Assembly (NCBI GenBank): GCA_013239625.1
Contig: MU054001.1
Span: forward strand, 2,362,151-2,426,150
Direction of reading: 5' to 3'
Length of the DNA stretch: 64,000 nucleotides
Source of the DNA: Lama guanicoe
Lineage: Eukaryota
Shown piece after piece: positions 1 through 10,870 of this stretch (position 1 is its first letter; each line of letters opens with the position of its first letter). The position numbers and the translations under genes were made by a program. The notes beneath the pieces are model-generated. The model made no database searches. It saw nothing but the letters and a program-made list of their open reading frames with translations, and was not told the origin of the DNA.

Positions 1-139
1 CAAATCGGAAGAGTTTGGTTCACTCTTTCCAAATCTTTCTTTAACCAGGTTCCCTGGGAAGGCTATTCCACTATGAAAACACCTGCCTTTCCTCCTCTCT
101 CCTTTCTTTCCTTTCTTCCTTCTCACTTTCCTTTCTTAA

Positions 140-260
140 ATGAATGTTTATCTACTGCAAACCACCTAAGTACCAAGCATGGTCCAAGATTCTTGGGATA
201 AGGCAGTGATCTAGCTGGGGCTCTGAGCAGGGTGTCTTGCCCTCCCTGGAGCTTTCTTTT
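140..260 (-). mobile_element. LINE L2 3'-end fragment (degenerate)
   Basis: Resembles the reverse complement of the L2 tail (…gtaccaagcatggtcc…gggataaggcagtga…tgccctccctggagctt). Confidence 0.45.
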
Positions 261-385
261 ACAACTACCGTGGATGCAAATTTGTTTATCAGATTGCTTC
301 TCCCGATAGCAACAGTTAGCTGTGTCATTAGGTGATCTTCAGGGAACTGGCTGGGACGGGGCATGCGTACATATGTGCATGTGAA

Positions 386-407
386 TGTGTGTGTGTGTGT
401 GTGTGTG
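386..407. repeat. (TG)11 microsatellite
   Basis: Direct reading. Confidence 0.95.
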
Positions 408-2286
408 CACGTGCAGGAGTGTGATGGGTCTGATTCTCCTCTGAAGGCTTGCACGTGTGTCATTTGGGGCTCCTCTTTGTCATTCACAAGTGCCTTAAAC
501 AGTGTCCGGCACAAAGTAGGCAGCAGAAAGTAGCTGCTAAGTGCCCAGGAGACCCACTGTGGGCAAAACTGCACGGTTGGTCAGCAGCCTTCCCAAATTA
601 CTGTTTCTGTTCTAGTAATTTTTTTCATCCTAAGTGCCTCAACATATGTATCTTCAAACTCATCAGGCAGTTTCCTCCCTCTCCTTAATAAAGATCTATA
701 CTCAGAACTTTTGCTTATATTACCCCCTATATCGTCATCATCTTAATATATTGACTGCTGCATACTGTTGACTGTTTTAATCTTAATACATTGACTGTTT
801 CCTTCCCCAAGAAGTCTGTATTGTAACAGGGAGGGAGATTTTAAGAGAAAGCCTTTTCTACAACAATGGCCAAGAGGGGTCTCTAGACCGGGCAGTCCTG
901 ACTCCTGGGAGCCTTCCCGGAAGAAGTTTCTCACTTCAGTTTCTAGTCCCCATAGCTCAACGCTCAGGGTAGCCCATCCGCCCACATGCAATTCCCTGTC
1001 TGGAAGCTAGTGGGGTTTCCACTGCAAAGATTTGTATTCCTGACCCTGGAGGTCTGATTACAACTTCAGGTTTAGTCTCTCTGTAACTTAGATTATACGT
1101 TTCATTTATCTTCTATAATCAAGCTCAGATTGCTCCAGATGCACACAGAATGAGCAGAAGGTGTGGGATATGTGTGCAAAGAAAAACTCCACTTCCCAGC
1201 TTTTGGGGGGCTCCTGTTGACTATTTGGAAAAAATACATAATTTCTCTTTTGGAACCTTGGATCAGCAGGCTGCTCCTCTCCTGTGGCCAGATGCTGCAC
1301 TGTACGCCATTGTGAAATACTAATAGTGAAACTTAAAAGATGTACTCTTGCGAGACAACAGGTGGCCACTGCAACCTCCAGCTCTGATTGGTGGAAAGGC
1401 CACAGGCGCCCAGTGGCCCGGGGAAAGGGCCTCCACTTCTGCGTTTCAAGAACCTGCTCAATGGGGTGTTGTCCTGATAATATCTCAGCTCACTGCCAAT
1501 TTGTGCAACCCGCTGCGCCATTAGGGAGCGCCGCTGGGTTGTCAACGTTAAATGGAGACTCGGGAGAGGAGACCAAAGCTTTTTCAGGAGGGGGGATTGG
1601 AGTCAACCCAGGGACAATGTAAGCAGTTGTTTCTTTCCTGAATACACACCGCTTTCTCATGCAGTCTCCAAACACCCGATTCTTGCTAAGAGAAGAGCAA
1701 ATACACACACTGTCATCTAATTGAAGTTTATTTTTCCTGCTTGGTTCCAGAAAGATAATATTGGGCAAAGGTACATACACAAGGTGTCACCGAGCTGGAG
1801 TGCCTATTTTGGAGAACAGAAGAAATGAAGAGAAACTCGTGTGAGGGTTGTCTGAAAAACTTCAGGCCCTGGGCCAGCAAAGTGTAATCAGCTACGAAAG
1901 TGTGAGTGTCAGCTAAAATATTTGTAAATTTCTCCCTTCGTTAAAGTAGTTTCTAGATAACTGTGCTGGGGAGGGGGGCAAATCTCACAGCTTCTCTTTA
2001 ACGTTCTCATCTGGTATAAAGTCCCTTCCCTTCGCCAAGGCTGAGGGCCAAACTCTAAAATGAACCCAAAGCAATAAAGCCCAGGGGCGGGGTTGGGGGG
2101 AGATGTAGCTTAAAGAAAGAGAAAGAAATCAAAATGGGGTGGGTGAGTGCAGTGTGAGGAAGTTAATCACCCAGAACCTTTTAGGAAAATAGGGACATTT
2201 TCTCGCAGAGAACAGTGAATGATCCGCCTAGATCCAGTTACTCAAATGCCTTTCGAATACAAACAAGAGCAAAGAAAATACGAAGA

Positions 2287-2370
2287 GAACCGACACGAGG
2301 CTTAACCCGGGGAGCTTCTGCCTACCTGTGAAAGGTCAGGCCCCCACACCCCTCCTGGAAAATACCACAG
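2287..2370 (+). other. TOX3: Candidate upstream non-coding first exon (like the 5' exon of human TOX3 variant 2)
   Basis: GAACCGACACGAGGCTT...CTGCCTACCTGTGAAAGGTCAGGCCCC...CCACAG|GTGTAC resembles my recollection of the human variant-2 5' UTR start. GT donor at 2371; GC box GGGGCGGGG at 2084-2092. Confidence 0.5.
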
Positions 2371-2875
2371 GTGTACATGGGGTCCCGTCGGGAGGCACTG
2401 GTGCAGGTTACCCGCTGGGTTAGGTGCCTCTAAGAAGGGAAAATTTGTGGAGTAAGGCGGAGTGGGATAGAGGGACCGGGGGACTCACGAGAAAGGACTG
2501 GGGACTAGGAGAAGAAACCGAGGGAACGAGGAGTGGGAAAGGAGCCGACGGCGCGTGGATGCTGGTGGCGGGAGCCGGGGGCCCAGGGCAGCGGTGGTCG
2601 GAAAGGGGCGGGAGGGCCACACCAGGCACCGGGCTGGCGGCGGCGGCGGGGACGGCCGAAGCGGCCGAGAAAAGGAGGGGAGTGAGGAGCGCTCCGAGTC
2701 AGCGGGGACAAAGAGGACCGGAGAGGGAAGGGGGGCGCGGTGGGAAGAAGAGGGGCCCCGGAGAGGGGGAGGCCGCGGCGCCGGCGACGGGCGGGCGAGC
2801 GCTGCGCTAGGCGCGGGGTGAGCGGCTAAGGGGCCGCGCGGGTCCGGGGCCGGCGGGGCGGGGTCGGGGCGCCCG

Positions 2876-3136
2876 NNNNNNNNNNNNNNNNNNNNNNNNN
2901 NNNNNNNNNNNNNNNNNNNNNNNNNNNNNNNNNNNNNNNNNNNNNNNNNNNNNNNNNNNNNNNNNNNNNNNNNNNNNNNNNNNNNNNNNNNNNNNNNNNN
3001 NNNNNNNNNNNNNNNNNNNNNNNNNNNNNNNNNNNNNNNNNNNNNNNNNNNNNNNNNNNNNNNNNNNNNNNNNNNNNNNNNNNNNNNNNNNNNNNNNNNN
3101 NNNNNNNNNNNNNNNNNNNNNNNNNNNNNNNNNNNN
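2876..3136. other. Assembly gap (261 N) inside the CpG island
   Basis: Run of N flanked by extremely GC-rich sequence. Confidence 1.
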
Positions 3137-3408
3137 CAGCGCTGCCTCGGTGCCCCGGCGGGGCGCGTCCCCCGGGCCGCCTCCCGCTCTCCCGCGGCTC
3201 GCGTGGCCGCCCCTTTGTGTGCGGCGGCCGCGGCGCCCGGGCTCCTCTGGCTCCCGGTCGCGGCGCCCCTCCGGCCCCGCGTCCCGCGCGCCGCCCCCCG
3301 GACCACACCGGCCGGCGCCCCCGACGGTGGATCTAGCGGCTTCGAGGAGGCGGGCACCGGCCCCTGCGAGCTCCAGTCCCGGTCCCCGGCCCCGGGCCCG
3401 GCTCCGGC

Positions 3409-3495
3409 ATGGATGTGAGGTTCTACCCCGCGGCGGCCGGGGACCCCGCCGGCCTGGACTTCGCGCAGTGCCTGGGGTACTACGGCTACAGCAAG
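3409..3495 (+). CDS. TOX3: TOX3 (TOX high mobility group box family member 3), first coding exon, 29 codons, phase-0 junction
   Basis: Translates to [29 protein letters not shown], which I recognise as the TOX3 N-terminus. The ATG has a strong Kozak context (ggcATGG), there is an in-frame TAG 75 nt upstream (3334-3336), and the exon ends AAG|GTGACC with the donor GT at 3496. The rest of track ORF 3409..3846 is intron read-through. Confidence 0.96.
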
Positions 3496-6400
3496 GTGAC
3501 CGGGCCGGGCCGGGGCCGGGGGGCGGCCGGGCGGGGGCCACCTTCTCACCCTAGGCGCGCCCCGCGCTCCAGCTCACCGCCTGCTGCACTTTTCTCTCCC
3601 CTCTCCACTCCTTTCCCTTTGCTCCTTCGTCTCTGTCCAACTCTCTCGCTCTACTCTTTCTGCCCCCTTCCCACCCTCCTTTTTGTCCCTCGGCCGGCTC
3701 TTCCCTCTCCTCTTCGCCTCTCCTCCCACTGCCTCTCCCCCCACCTCCCCCAACCCCGCAGACTCTTCGGCTGCCCCAAAGAAGCGAAGAGCAACCCAAG
3801 GACTGAAAGAGGGGAGTCGCGTGTGATTCTTTGTTGTTGTTATTAGTAAACACGATCGCAACCCTCCTGAGTTTGGAGGGGATGGGGCAACGCAGGAGTC
3901 CCCGATCTCGTGGTCTGATGACCTCGCCGCCCCCCCTCCCCAGTCCACCTTACCTCCCCCACGCCCCCGAGAGCTGGACCTCGGGCCGCTTAGCGAAGGA
4001 AAGGAACTAACTTTTGAGCGTGCCCTGGATGGAGGGAGGGAGGGGCCGCGAAGTGGTGGGACCCCCGCAGGTGGCCTCTGCTGCCCTCCCGCTAGGGCGC
4101 TTTGGACCACTCAACGGAGGTGCCCGCCCTTCCCTGGTTAGAGCAAGTGGCTTCTCATCTTTCATTTTTTGGGGGGGGAGGGGTAAGTTTTGCATCTCGG
4201 GGAGAACAGGGTTGGGGACCTCCACACCACGCCCTAGGTCACCCCACCTCCTCCATCTTCCCCTTCGCCAACTTCGAGGACCAAGCGTTTCAGGTGGCCG
4301 AAAGTGCATCTCAAAAGGGCAGCTGGCGCAGTTCGGAGCGCCGAGTCCGTGCGGGAGCCGCAATCCTTGGGCCGAGGCAGCTCTGACTCCCTGTTCTCTC
4401 TCCTTCCTGAAGCCCCCCAGGGCCAAGCTTTGGAGGAAACGTCACCCCGAGGGCGATATTCAGAGAAAGAGCTGTGCGCTGCCCGTGCCTTTTGAATGTG
4501 GTTTTTCTTTTTCCTCTCCCCCTGCTCCTCCCTCTCTCCCCCCCACCCCCCTTTTCTTTCAAATCGTAGTTTGTTTATGATTGCTTGGATAACAGAGGAG
4601 GAAATGAGGAGCCTGCTGAAAGAAAGGTGCTATACAAAACTAATGAATACATAGCAGGACGGGGAGGAATTGTATCTAGAGTGAGGAGCAGTTTGCCATT
4701 CCCCGTGGCTGATGGAGGCTCTCGTTCCTTTCTATTTGTTGATACTGCGATCCCAACTCCAGTGCTGAAGTTTGTGAAAGGCCATTAGGGTCTCTCTTCC
4801 TCAGTCCTGTCCCCTGTGTCATCATCGCCCAGCTCTGCGCCTGGCACGGAGGGGCCTCCCAACGAGTATAGAGCAAAGGGACGTTATTCGTGTCTTTTAA
4901 CCCTTTGGTGGTGCGGGCGTTCATGCTCTCAAAATTCCTAGAGCGGTATGTTAAGCATAGAAAAAGAAGCAAGAAAAGGCCTGTTCCTGTAGCCAGAGTT
5001 AAGATTTAGTTTCTGTCCTCAGATTTTGGATTTACTCAGGTTATTAAACGCTTTAAAAAGTCCCCCATGTATGCTCAGTTAGGGACTTAGGCAGCCTAAT
5101 TAAGTATGTAGTGTTTCTGAGAATCCACCTAATTGTTCCAGTGGGGTATTATTTATCTCCTTACAACTTAGCCTTGTGTATGAAGCCTTGTATAACTGGA
5201 CATGACTTATTTTTGGAAGCCATTACCTTGCCTAATGTAACTACTTTCTCTGATTTAAAATCAGCAACACTCGAATGACACCAAAATAGAAAGCTTTTGT
5301 ACTAATCCAGTCACTGCAATGCGTGGCAAATCTCTCTGTTCACTAGGGTCCCAAGGGTACTTCAAGGGACGAGAGGAAATTGTGGGTGTTTTGTGTGTGT
5401 CTCTTTTTATTTTTTGAAAAAGGCTATTTCGAGTCAATTTAAACTCAGAACATTTATTTCAGGGAAGGCCTAGAAAGCTTGAAAACACATTATTTATTGA
5501 GATGCTTGTTCAACTTCAGGAGTGAGGATGCAAGTTGGCTTGCTGTCATGTTTTCTTAAAGCAGCTATTTGCCTGAAATAACTTGATTTCTTAGCAAATC
5601 AGCAATCTTTCATCTTCAGTGCTTTGTGTACCCAACTTATAAAAAGTTAGTGTGTGTAATATTGGTAGAAGTCAGATTGTACTTATTTTTAGGAGTGTTT
5701 GCATTTAATTCCTTGCAGATAAAAATAAATAATCTTTAAATTGATCCATGATACTGTATTTTCCTACTTTTAATTCAGAAGTGAAAAACCCAACTTTATT
5801 CCCTGTAATTTTCCTTTATGGGCAGAACGTAGTAGAAGAGGAAGTATTAACTTCATGGGGATAAAACAGCAAGTGCTAATTAAAGGTTTATAGCATTTTG
5901 TCTCATAGCTAACTTGTGGTTCGGAAGTGGTATTATTCAACATAGATTTATATTGAAAATGTAAAAAACTAACACACAAAGACATGCGTTTATTTTATTT
6001 GAAAAATACCTGTGATTATTAATCTCTTAAGACAATTTTTGATCATGTGTATTATCTTTCTGGATGGGAAACGATGGATTTCAAAGGAAAGTATGTTTCT
6101 GCCCTTTATGTTTTAACGACCATCTGGGAGACTTTAGAAGAAATACAGAACCCTCTGCTCTAGGCTTAACAAGTGAAAAGTTAGTGCTTATCTTTAAATT
6201 TATTTACAAACCGTGAATAATAGGGTTTCATTCATTTCTCTCTTTAGCAAATGACCAGAGTCCTTTGTATTAGTTATATGCATGTGTATTATCTTTACAT
6301 TCTGTGAGTATATGCATCCTTTTTAAATGTCAGCGCTCATGAAAGTGTGCTCCGTCTATGGAGAATGGATGAAAGAGTTTTGAGGGTTCAAAAGTCGTTG

Positions 6401-7340
6401 CAAGGAGGAGAATAACTTCAAATAAAATATAGCCAGGATCATTAAAATCAGTTAATAATTCATGAGCCAGCTACTGATGTATAAACTTAAAGTCATCTCT
6501 ATTTTCCAAGGGCTAATTTCCATTTTAATTTCAAGTGGAAAATCTACTGTTTGAACATTTCTTTTTCTGATGCGGTTAACAAATTAAACAAACATATATA
6601 TATATATTTTTTAAAGGCCTTATGTTACTCAAGTGAATTAGTGACCCATTGTCTATATAACTGGAAATTTTCTTTCCCTGGGTTCAATTTGTCTTCACCA
6701 GTAATAAGGTAATACCTAACACATCAATTGGCATGTAGTGGTCAGAAGTCTGCACCCCACCCACCCAAATAAACTATTGTATTTAACGTGGGTGTAAGCA
6801 AGGTCAAATCACACATTGGGTTAATAATGAACTTGGACTAAACTCATGTTACTAGCTTTTTTCTGCACATTCTTGGGGCTTCCATTCTCCCTTTTAAAAT
6901 ATGGCTTTTGACTTCTTACTCCATGTAGAATAGTCCCATGCTGTTGTGACCCCATCAGTCCCAGACCTTGCTTTCTAGTTATTAATATGTTATCGATCAC
7001 TCTGCTTAATTAAGACATTCTAATATGAGTGCTTTCACCCCGCCTCATGGGCCTCTACCTTGGCTAGCTTGAAGAGTAAGGGGACCAGAGGGGAATTGGT
7101 CATTGGTCCATCTTATTGGAGACCCTGGCTCAAATTGAGAACATATTGAGAGGGGAGGGGGATTGGATTGAAATGCATCTTAAGTTGATACCTTACACTC
7201 ACATGAGAACTAATAATTTTATTTCCAGGGTCAGGAGTATGAGGGTGTTGAATTTTGAGAGCAGATTGAGAGATTTCCATAACAGGTCTTTAACCAAGGT
7301 ATGGAAGCCACATTGTGAAAGAATACAGGGTTTTTTTGAG

Positions 7341-7620
7341 CAGGAGTCATAAACTCAAAATGTCTATAGGGACAGCCAGTTAACTAACCTACATGAAGTG
7401 AGGGCTTGTGGTCAAGAGGAGAACTTGCCCCCATTTAAAGGGGGAGCCTTCCTTTGCATTAGTAGATTGCTGCCATGTGAACATTTGACCCAGTATCTCC
7501 AGGTTTTGCAATTTTTTTTTTCAAAAGAAATGATAACCTGGGTTTTTATGTGAAATACCCTGAATTTTAAATGTTGGTTGCAAATTAACAAATAATTGAA
7601 ATCATTACATGGGACCCTCA
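7341..7620 (-). mobile_element. hAT-Charlie MER102-like DNA transposon fossil
   Basis: Diagnostic ggtttttatgtgaaata…ttttaaatgttgg and cccatttaaaggggg…ttgctgccatg segments. Confidence 0.65.
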
Positions 7621-7890
7621 AGGCATGCTTGTGTATTGCTTCTTTGCAAATATGCCTTAGACAAGCTCCTATGCGGATGCGGATTGAAAAATCATTTTAA
7701 ATAAATCATGTGTCATTTATGTTCAACTCTGTGGGCAGTTCTACTCCATGGTTCAACTGTGTGGACAGTTCAGTTAAGTGAGTGGAAGAAGTATCATCTG
7801 ACCACTCTCAGTGTACTTCTAATGTGATAATTGGGAGTCTATCATTCATTAATTCTATGGTCTCAAATCGATGGAATAGTAGTTTTAGAT

Positions 7891-8215
7891 CAGGAGTTGG
7901 CAGACTGCAGCCCACCGGTTACATCTGGCCCCCTGACCTGGTGTGATCTGCAAGTTAAGGTCAGTGTTTATGTTTTTAAATGGTGAAAGAACTCAAAAGA
8001 AGAATAATAGCTCATGACTATGAAAATGAAATTCACTCCGTGTCCATAAATAAAGTATTACTGGAACGCGGCCCCACTTGCTTGTGTCCGTATTGTCTGG
8101 GGCTGCTTTCATGCTACAGAGGCAATGTTGAGTCGTTGTGACAGAGACTGGATGGCCCACAAAGCCTGAAACATTTACTCTTTGTCCCTTTATAGAAAAA
8201 GGTTGCCAATCCCTG
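7891..8215. mobile_element. hAT-Charlie MER58B-like element
   Basis: TIRs CAGGAGTTGGCA…TGCCAATCCCTG, MER58 body (ataaagtattactggaac…gagactggatggcccacaaagcctgaaacattt), and a degenerate 8-bp TSD ttttagat/tgtttgat. Confidence 0.85.
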
Positions 8216-8347
8216 TGTTTGATAATCAGACGACTGATGGTACCATGATCTTCCTTTGTTCCAAACCAGGGCAGTAGAGAGAAAATCAAGGTGGGCTAAC
8301 TGGGAAGATGACTATCTCAGAGAATGTTTCTGAAAACGCCTCTAGAA

Positions 8348-8527
8348 CAGTGGGTTCCCAGCCCTGGTTATGCTTCAGCTATGGTTGGGGTGGGAGGAGG
8401 CTTATAAAAGATACTCACCATTACCCCAGACCAGCTCAGTAAGACTCTCTGGGGATTAGATCCAGGCAGCAGTGTTTTTAAAAGCTCCCCGGGTGATTCC
8501 ACTGTGCAGCCATGGTTGAAAACTTTG
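8348..8527. mobile_element. hAT-Charlie MER5-family element
   Basis: cagtgggttccca…ccccagacca…tttttaaaagctccccgggtgatt…gttgaaaactttg. Confidence 0.75.
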
Positions 8528-9164
8528 TTCCAGGCTGAGGATCCTGGAGTGAGCAACCCCAAGGGGCGGTAGAACTGGGTAGCCAAGTTCATGATTGCTA
8601 TGAAGAAGACAAGACCTGGGCAGAATGGCTGCTTCCAGGTTGGCACTCAGGGCCTTTTTAGGACCTTGGTAGTTCCTAAGCCCTGTTGATCTGAGCTCCC
8701 CTCCACAGGCTGCGTTTAATGTACTACGGCATGATACCATATCTGAGTTGACATTGAGTAGGTGACTTATGTTTGCTTTTGGTAGGCGTTTAATCAAGCA
8801 TCTATTAGTTTTAGTTTTGGTGTGTGTGTGGGAGGGGTCATGCTTGCATGTGCTATGTGGCCAATTATTTTTTTTCTCTAACATTTTAAGCATTTTTGTA
8901 GGCCCCTGAGAAGTTTATGGTTCTAGGTGTCCAGTCTATGATGCCAAATGGAGAAAAGAGTCCTGCGGACACTAACTAGATGTCCATAGACTCCCACCAT
9001 TTTTCCACCCCAAACAGTGGAATGTTGATGAGAACCCTGTGCTCGGTGGACACTAACATACAGTTAGCCAAAGAGTATTAATTTCAATCATTTTAGATGA
9101 AGTCAATGATTGGATGTGGCCATAATGTTCAAAGGATTTGTGGTTATTTCGAGAACTGTCTACT

Positions 9165-9471
9165 CCAGGCCACAAATCGTCAGAGGGACGCTGAATCCAC
9201 CTGAGGACTTGCTTCATTTAATTTGCACCAGAATTTGAAAAAAATCAATTAGTTGTCTGTATCTAACATTTTCTGCATGTAGATCTGGATTTCTAGCTTT
9301 TCTTTAATCATAAATTGAGCAGTACTAGACCTAGACCCTCGCACGGCAACATCTGCTTAGTTGCCCTTCTGATGGCCACAGTTCACTGGGGTCCTTTCCA
9401 CTCCCTCCTTCTCATCCTTAGCTCTCTGTATACCTCTCAGGTCCCAAGAGGCTTCGAGTTTGAAAACTTTG
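9165..9471 (+). mobile_element. hAT-Charlie MER102-like element
   Basis: aattagttgtc…atctggatttctagcttttcttt…cgcacggcaaca…gagtttgaaaactttg. Confidence 0.6.
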
Positions 9472-9625
9472 ATTAAGAAGAGGTGAAATTAAACGAGCAT
9501 CCAACGATGCTCAGACCTAGTGAACTGAGGTCCCTGTCATTGGAGAAATACAGACCCACTATTCCTTGTGGTATGTAGGATAGTGGATGAAATGGAAAAA
9601 GGTGACTTGTGGTCATATTATAGAG

Positions 9626-9775
9626 CAGTGTTTATCAAACTTTATGTGCACAAGGATCACCTAGAGTGCTTTTTATAACACAGACCCTTGGACCTTACCC
9701 CTAGAGGTTCTGAGTCATAGGTCTGGGGTGGGCCTTCCAGGTGATGCTCATGTTGTGCTGTGAGTAGCATGGCAC
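9626..9775 (-). mobile_element. MER5A-like element
   Basis: cagtgtttatcaaacttt…atcacctagag…ggtctggggtgggcc…ccaggtgatgct. Confidence 0.75.
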
Positions 9776-9789
9776 AGAAGAGTCTGTTC

Positions 9790-10350
9790 TTTGTAAGTTT
9801 AGCAGTCAGAATGCTTTGGGCTGTAGGTAACAGAACACCCAACAAATAGTGGCATAAACCATAAGGACATTTGTTGACTTTAGCTATGCAATCTCAGGCT
9901 GTTTTGGATGGTTCAGGCATGTCTTCGAGGTCTCTCTTTACCTTTCTTTTTATTTTACCATCCTTGGAGTTCCAACAATCTCCTCATGGTTACAAGCTGG
10001 CTGCTGTAGCGCTCAGCATCACACCCTCACATGGTGGCATGCAAAATGGGAAGCAGGTTAGTAGAGGGAAGTGGAAGTGATAACAAAGGAACACTTTCTC
10101 CTTCTATACATCTCTTACTAGGAAAGAATAGCTTTCTTGGAAACAGTTCCACTAGACTCTTTTATCTTATTGATGAGAAAGGATCGTGTGCCCACGCTAG
10201 GCCAGTCATTGACAAAGAAGAAGGAGATTGCTCTGATCAGCTTAGACAAACCCGTGCCATCCCCTGGGACTGGACACACTGTCACATAAGTGTAATTGAT
10301 ATTATGCTGTGTTAGCAAGGAAGAAAGGCTGTTGGAAAGACAACCGTATC
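9790..10350 (-). mobile_element. ERVL-MaLR solo LTR (MLT1K/L-like)
   Basis: agtcagaatgctttgggctgtaggtaacagaacaccc…ctcctcatggttacaagctggctgc…ggccagtcattgacaaag. Confidence 0.7.
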
Positions 10351-10479
10351 TACTACTGAGCACATTTGAAGAATTTTGGGTGGGCCATTGGTGTGGTTGG
10401 GGTTGCACTTTCTTAAGATGGATCTGACTTTTTGACTGGATTAGTGTGGGACCTGCCAAGATGATCAGGGACAATGACA

Positions 10480-10870
10480 CTAGCCAACTGAGATAAAAGT
10501 GTGAGAAGGATTCGAACTAAGGAGATGTGAATATGGATGTGACGGAGAGGAGGGCACTGAACAGAGCATCTCTGTAGCTCAGGAAGGAGAAAGAGGAGGC
10601 AGAGACAACTCAGGGTGTTTGAACTTGGGGCCTGAACAAATGCTAGGACCATGAACAGAAGCAGAGAGGCCAGAGGAGAAGCCGGTGTTGAAGGAAAGAT
10701 AAAGCCGGTGTGGGATATTTTGGTGGAACATTCCCACAGAGACATCAGGTAGGGGCACTTTGACTCAATAGAGAGAGAGCTCAGGGCTGAAAAACCAAAG
10801 CTGAGGTCTTTCTGTATGCGGAAAAGTGATGGAAATGGAGGTGACTCCTCCAAGAGTGAGGGGACAGGGT
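10480..10870 (-). mobile_element. LINE L2 internal fragment
   Basis: Purine-rich, L2-like antisense sequence (gagagagctcagggctgaaaa…gtgatggaaatggaggtgactcc). Confidence 0.5.

Larger units (their letters stand above)
2480..4490. promoter_or_regulatory. CpG island / GC-rich promoter and 5' UTR of TOX3
   Basis: Very high GC and CpG density from 2480 to 3570 (many CGCG and GGGCGG), and still CpG-rich to about 4490. It spans the start codon. Confidence 0.92.

Noticed and set aside
3496..3846. C-terminal 116 aa of track ORF 3409..3846
   Set aside because: Read-through past the splice donor into intronic G-run and pyrimidine tracts; not TOX3 sequence.
2420..4580. Long overlapping ORFs on both strands (up to 354 aa)
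   Set aside because: Stop-codon scarcity in a CpG island. The translations are low-complexity G/P/R/A and several run through the N gap. Only 3409-3495 matches a known protein.
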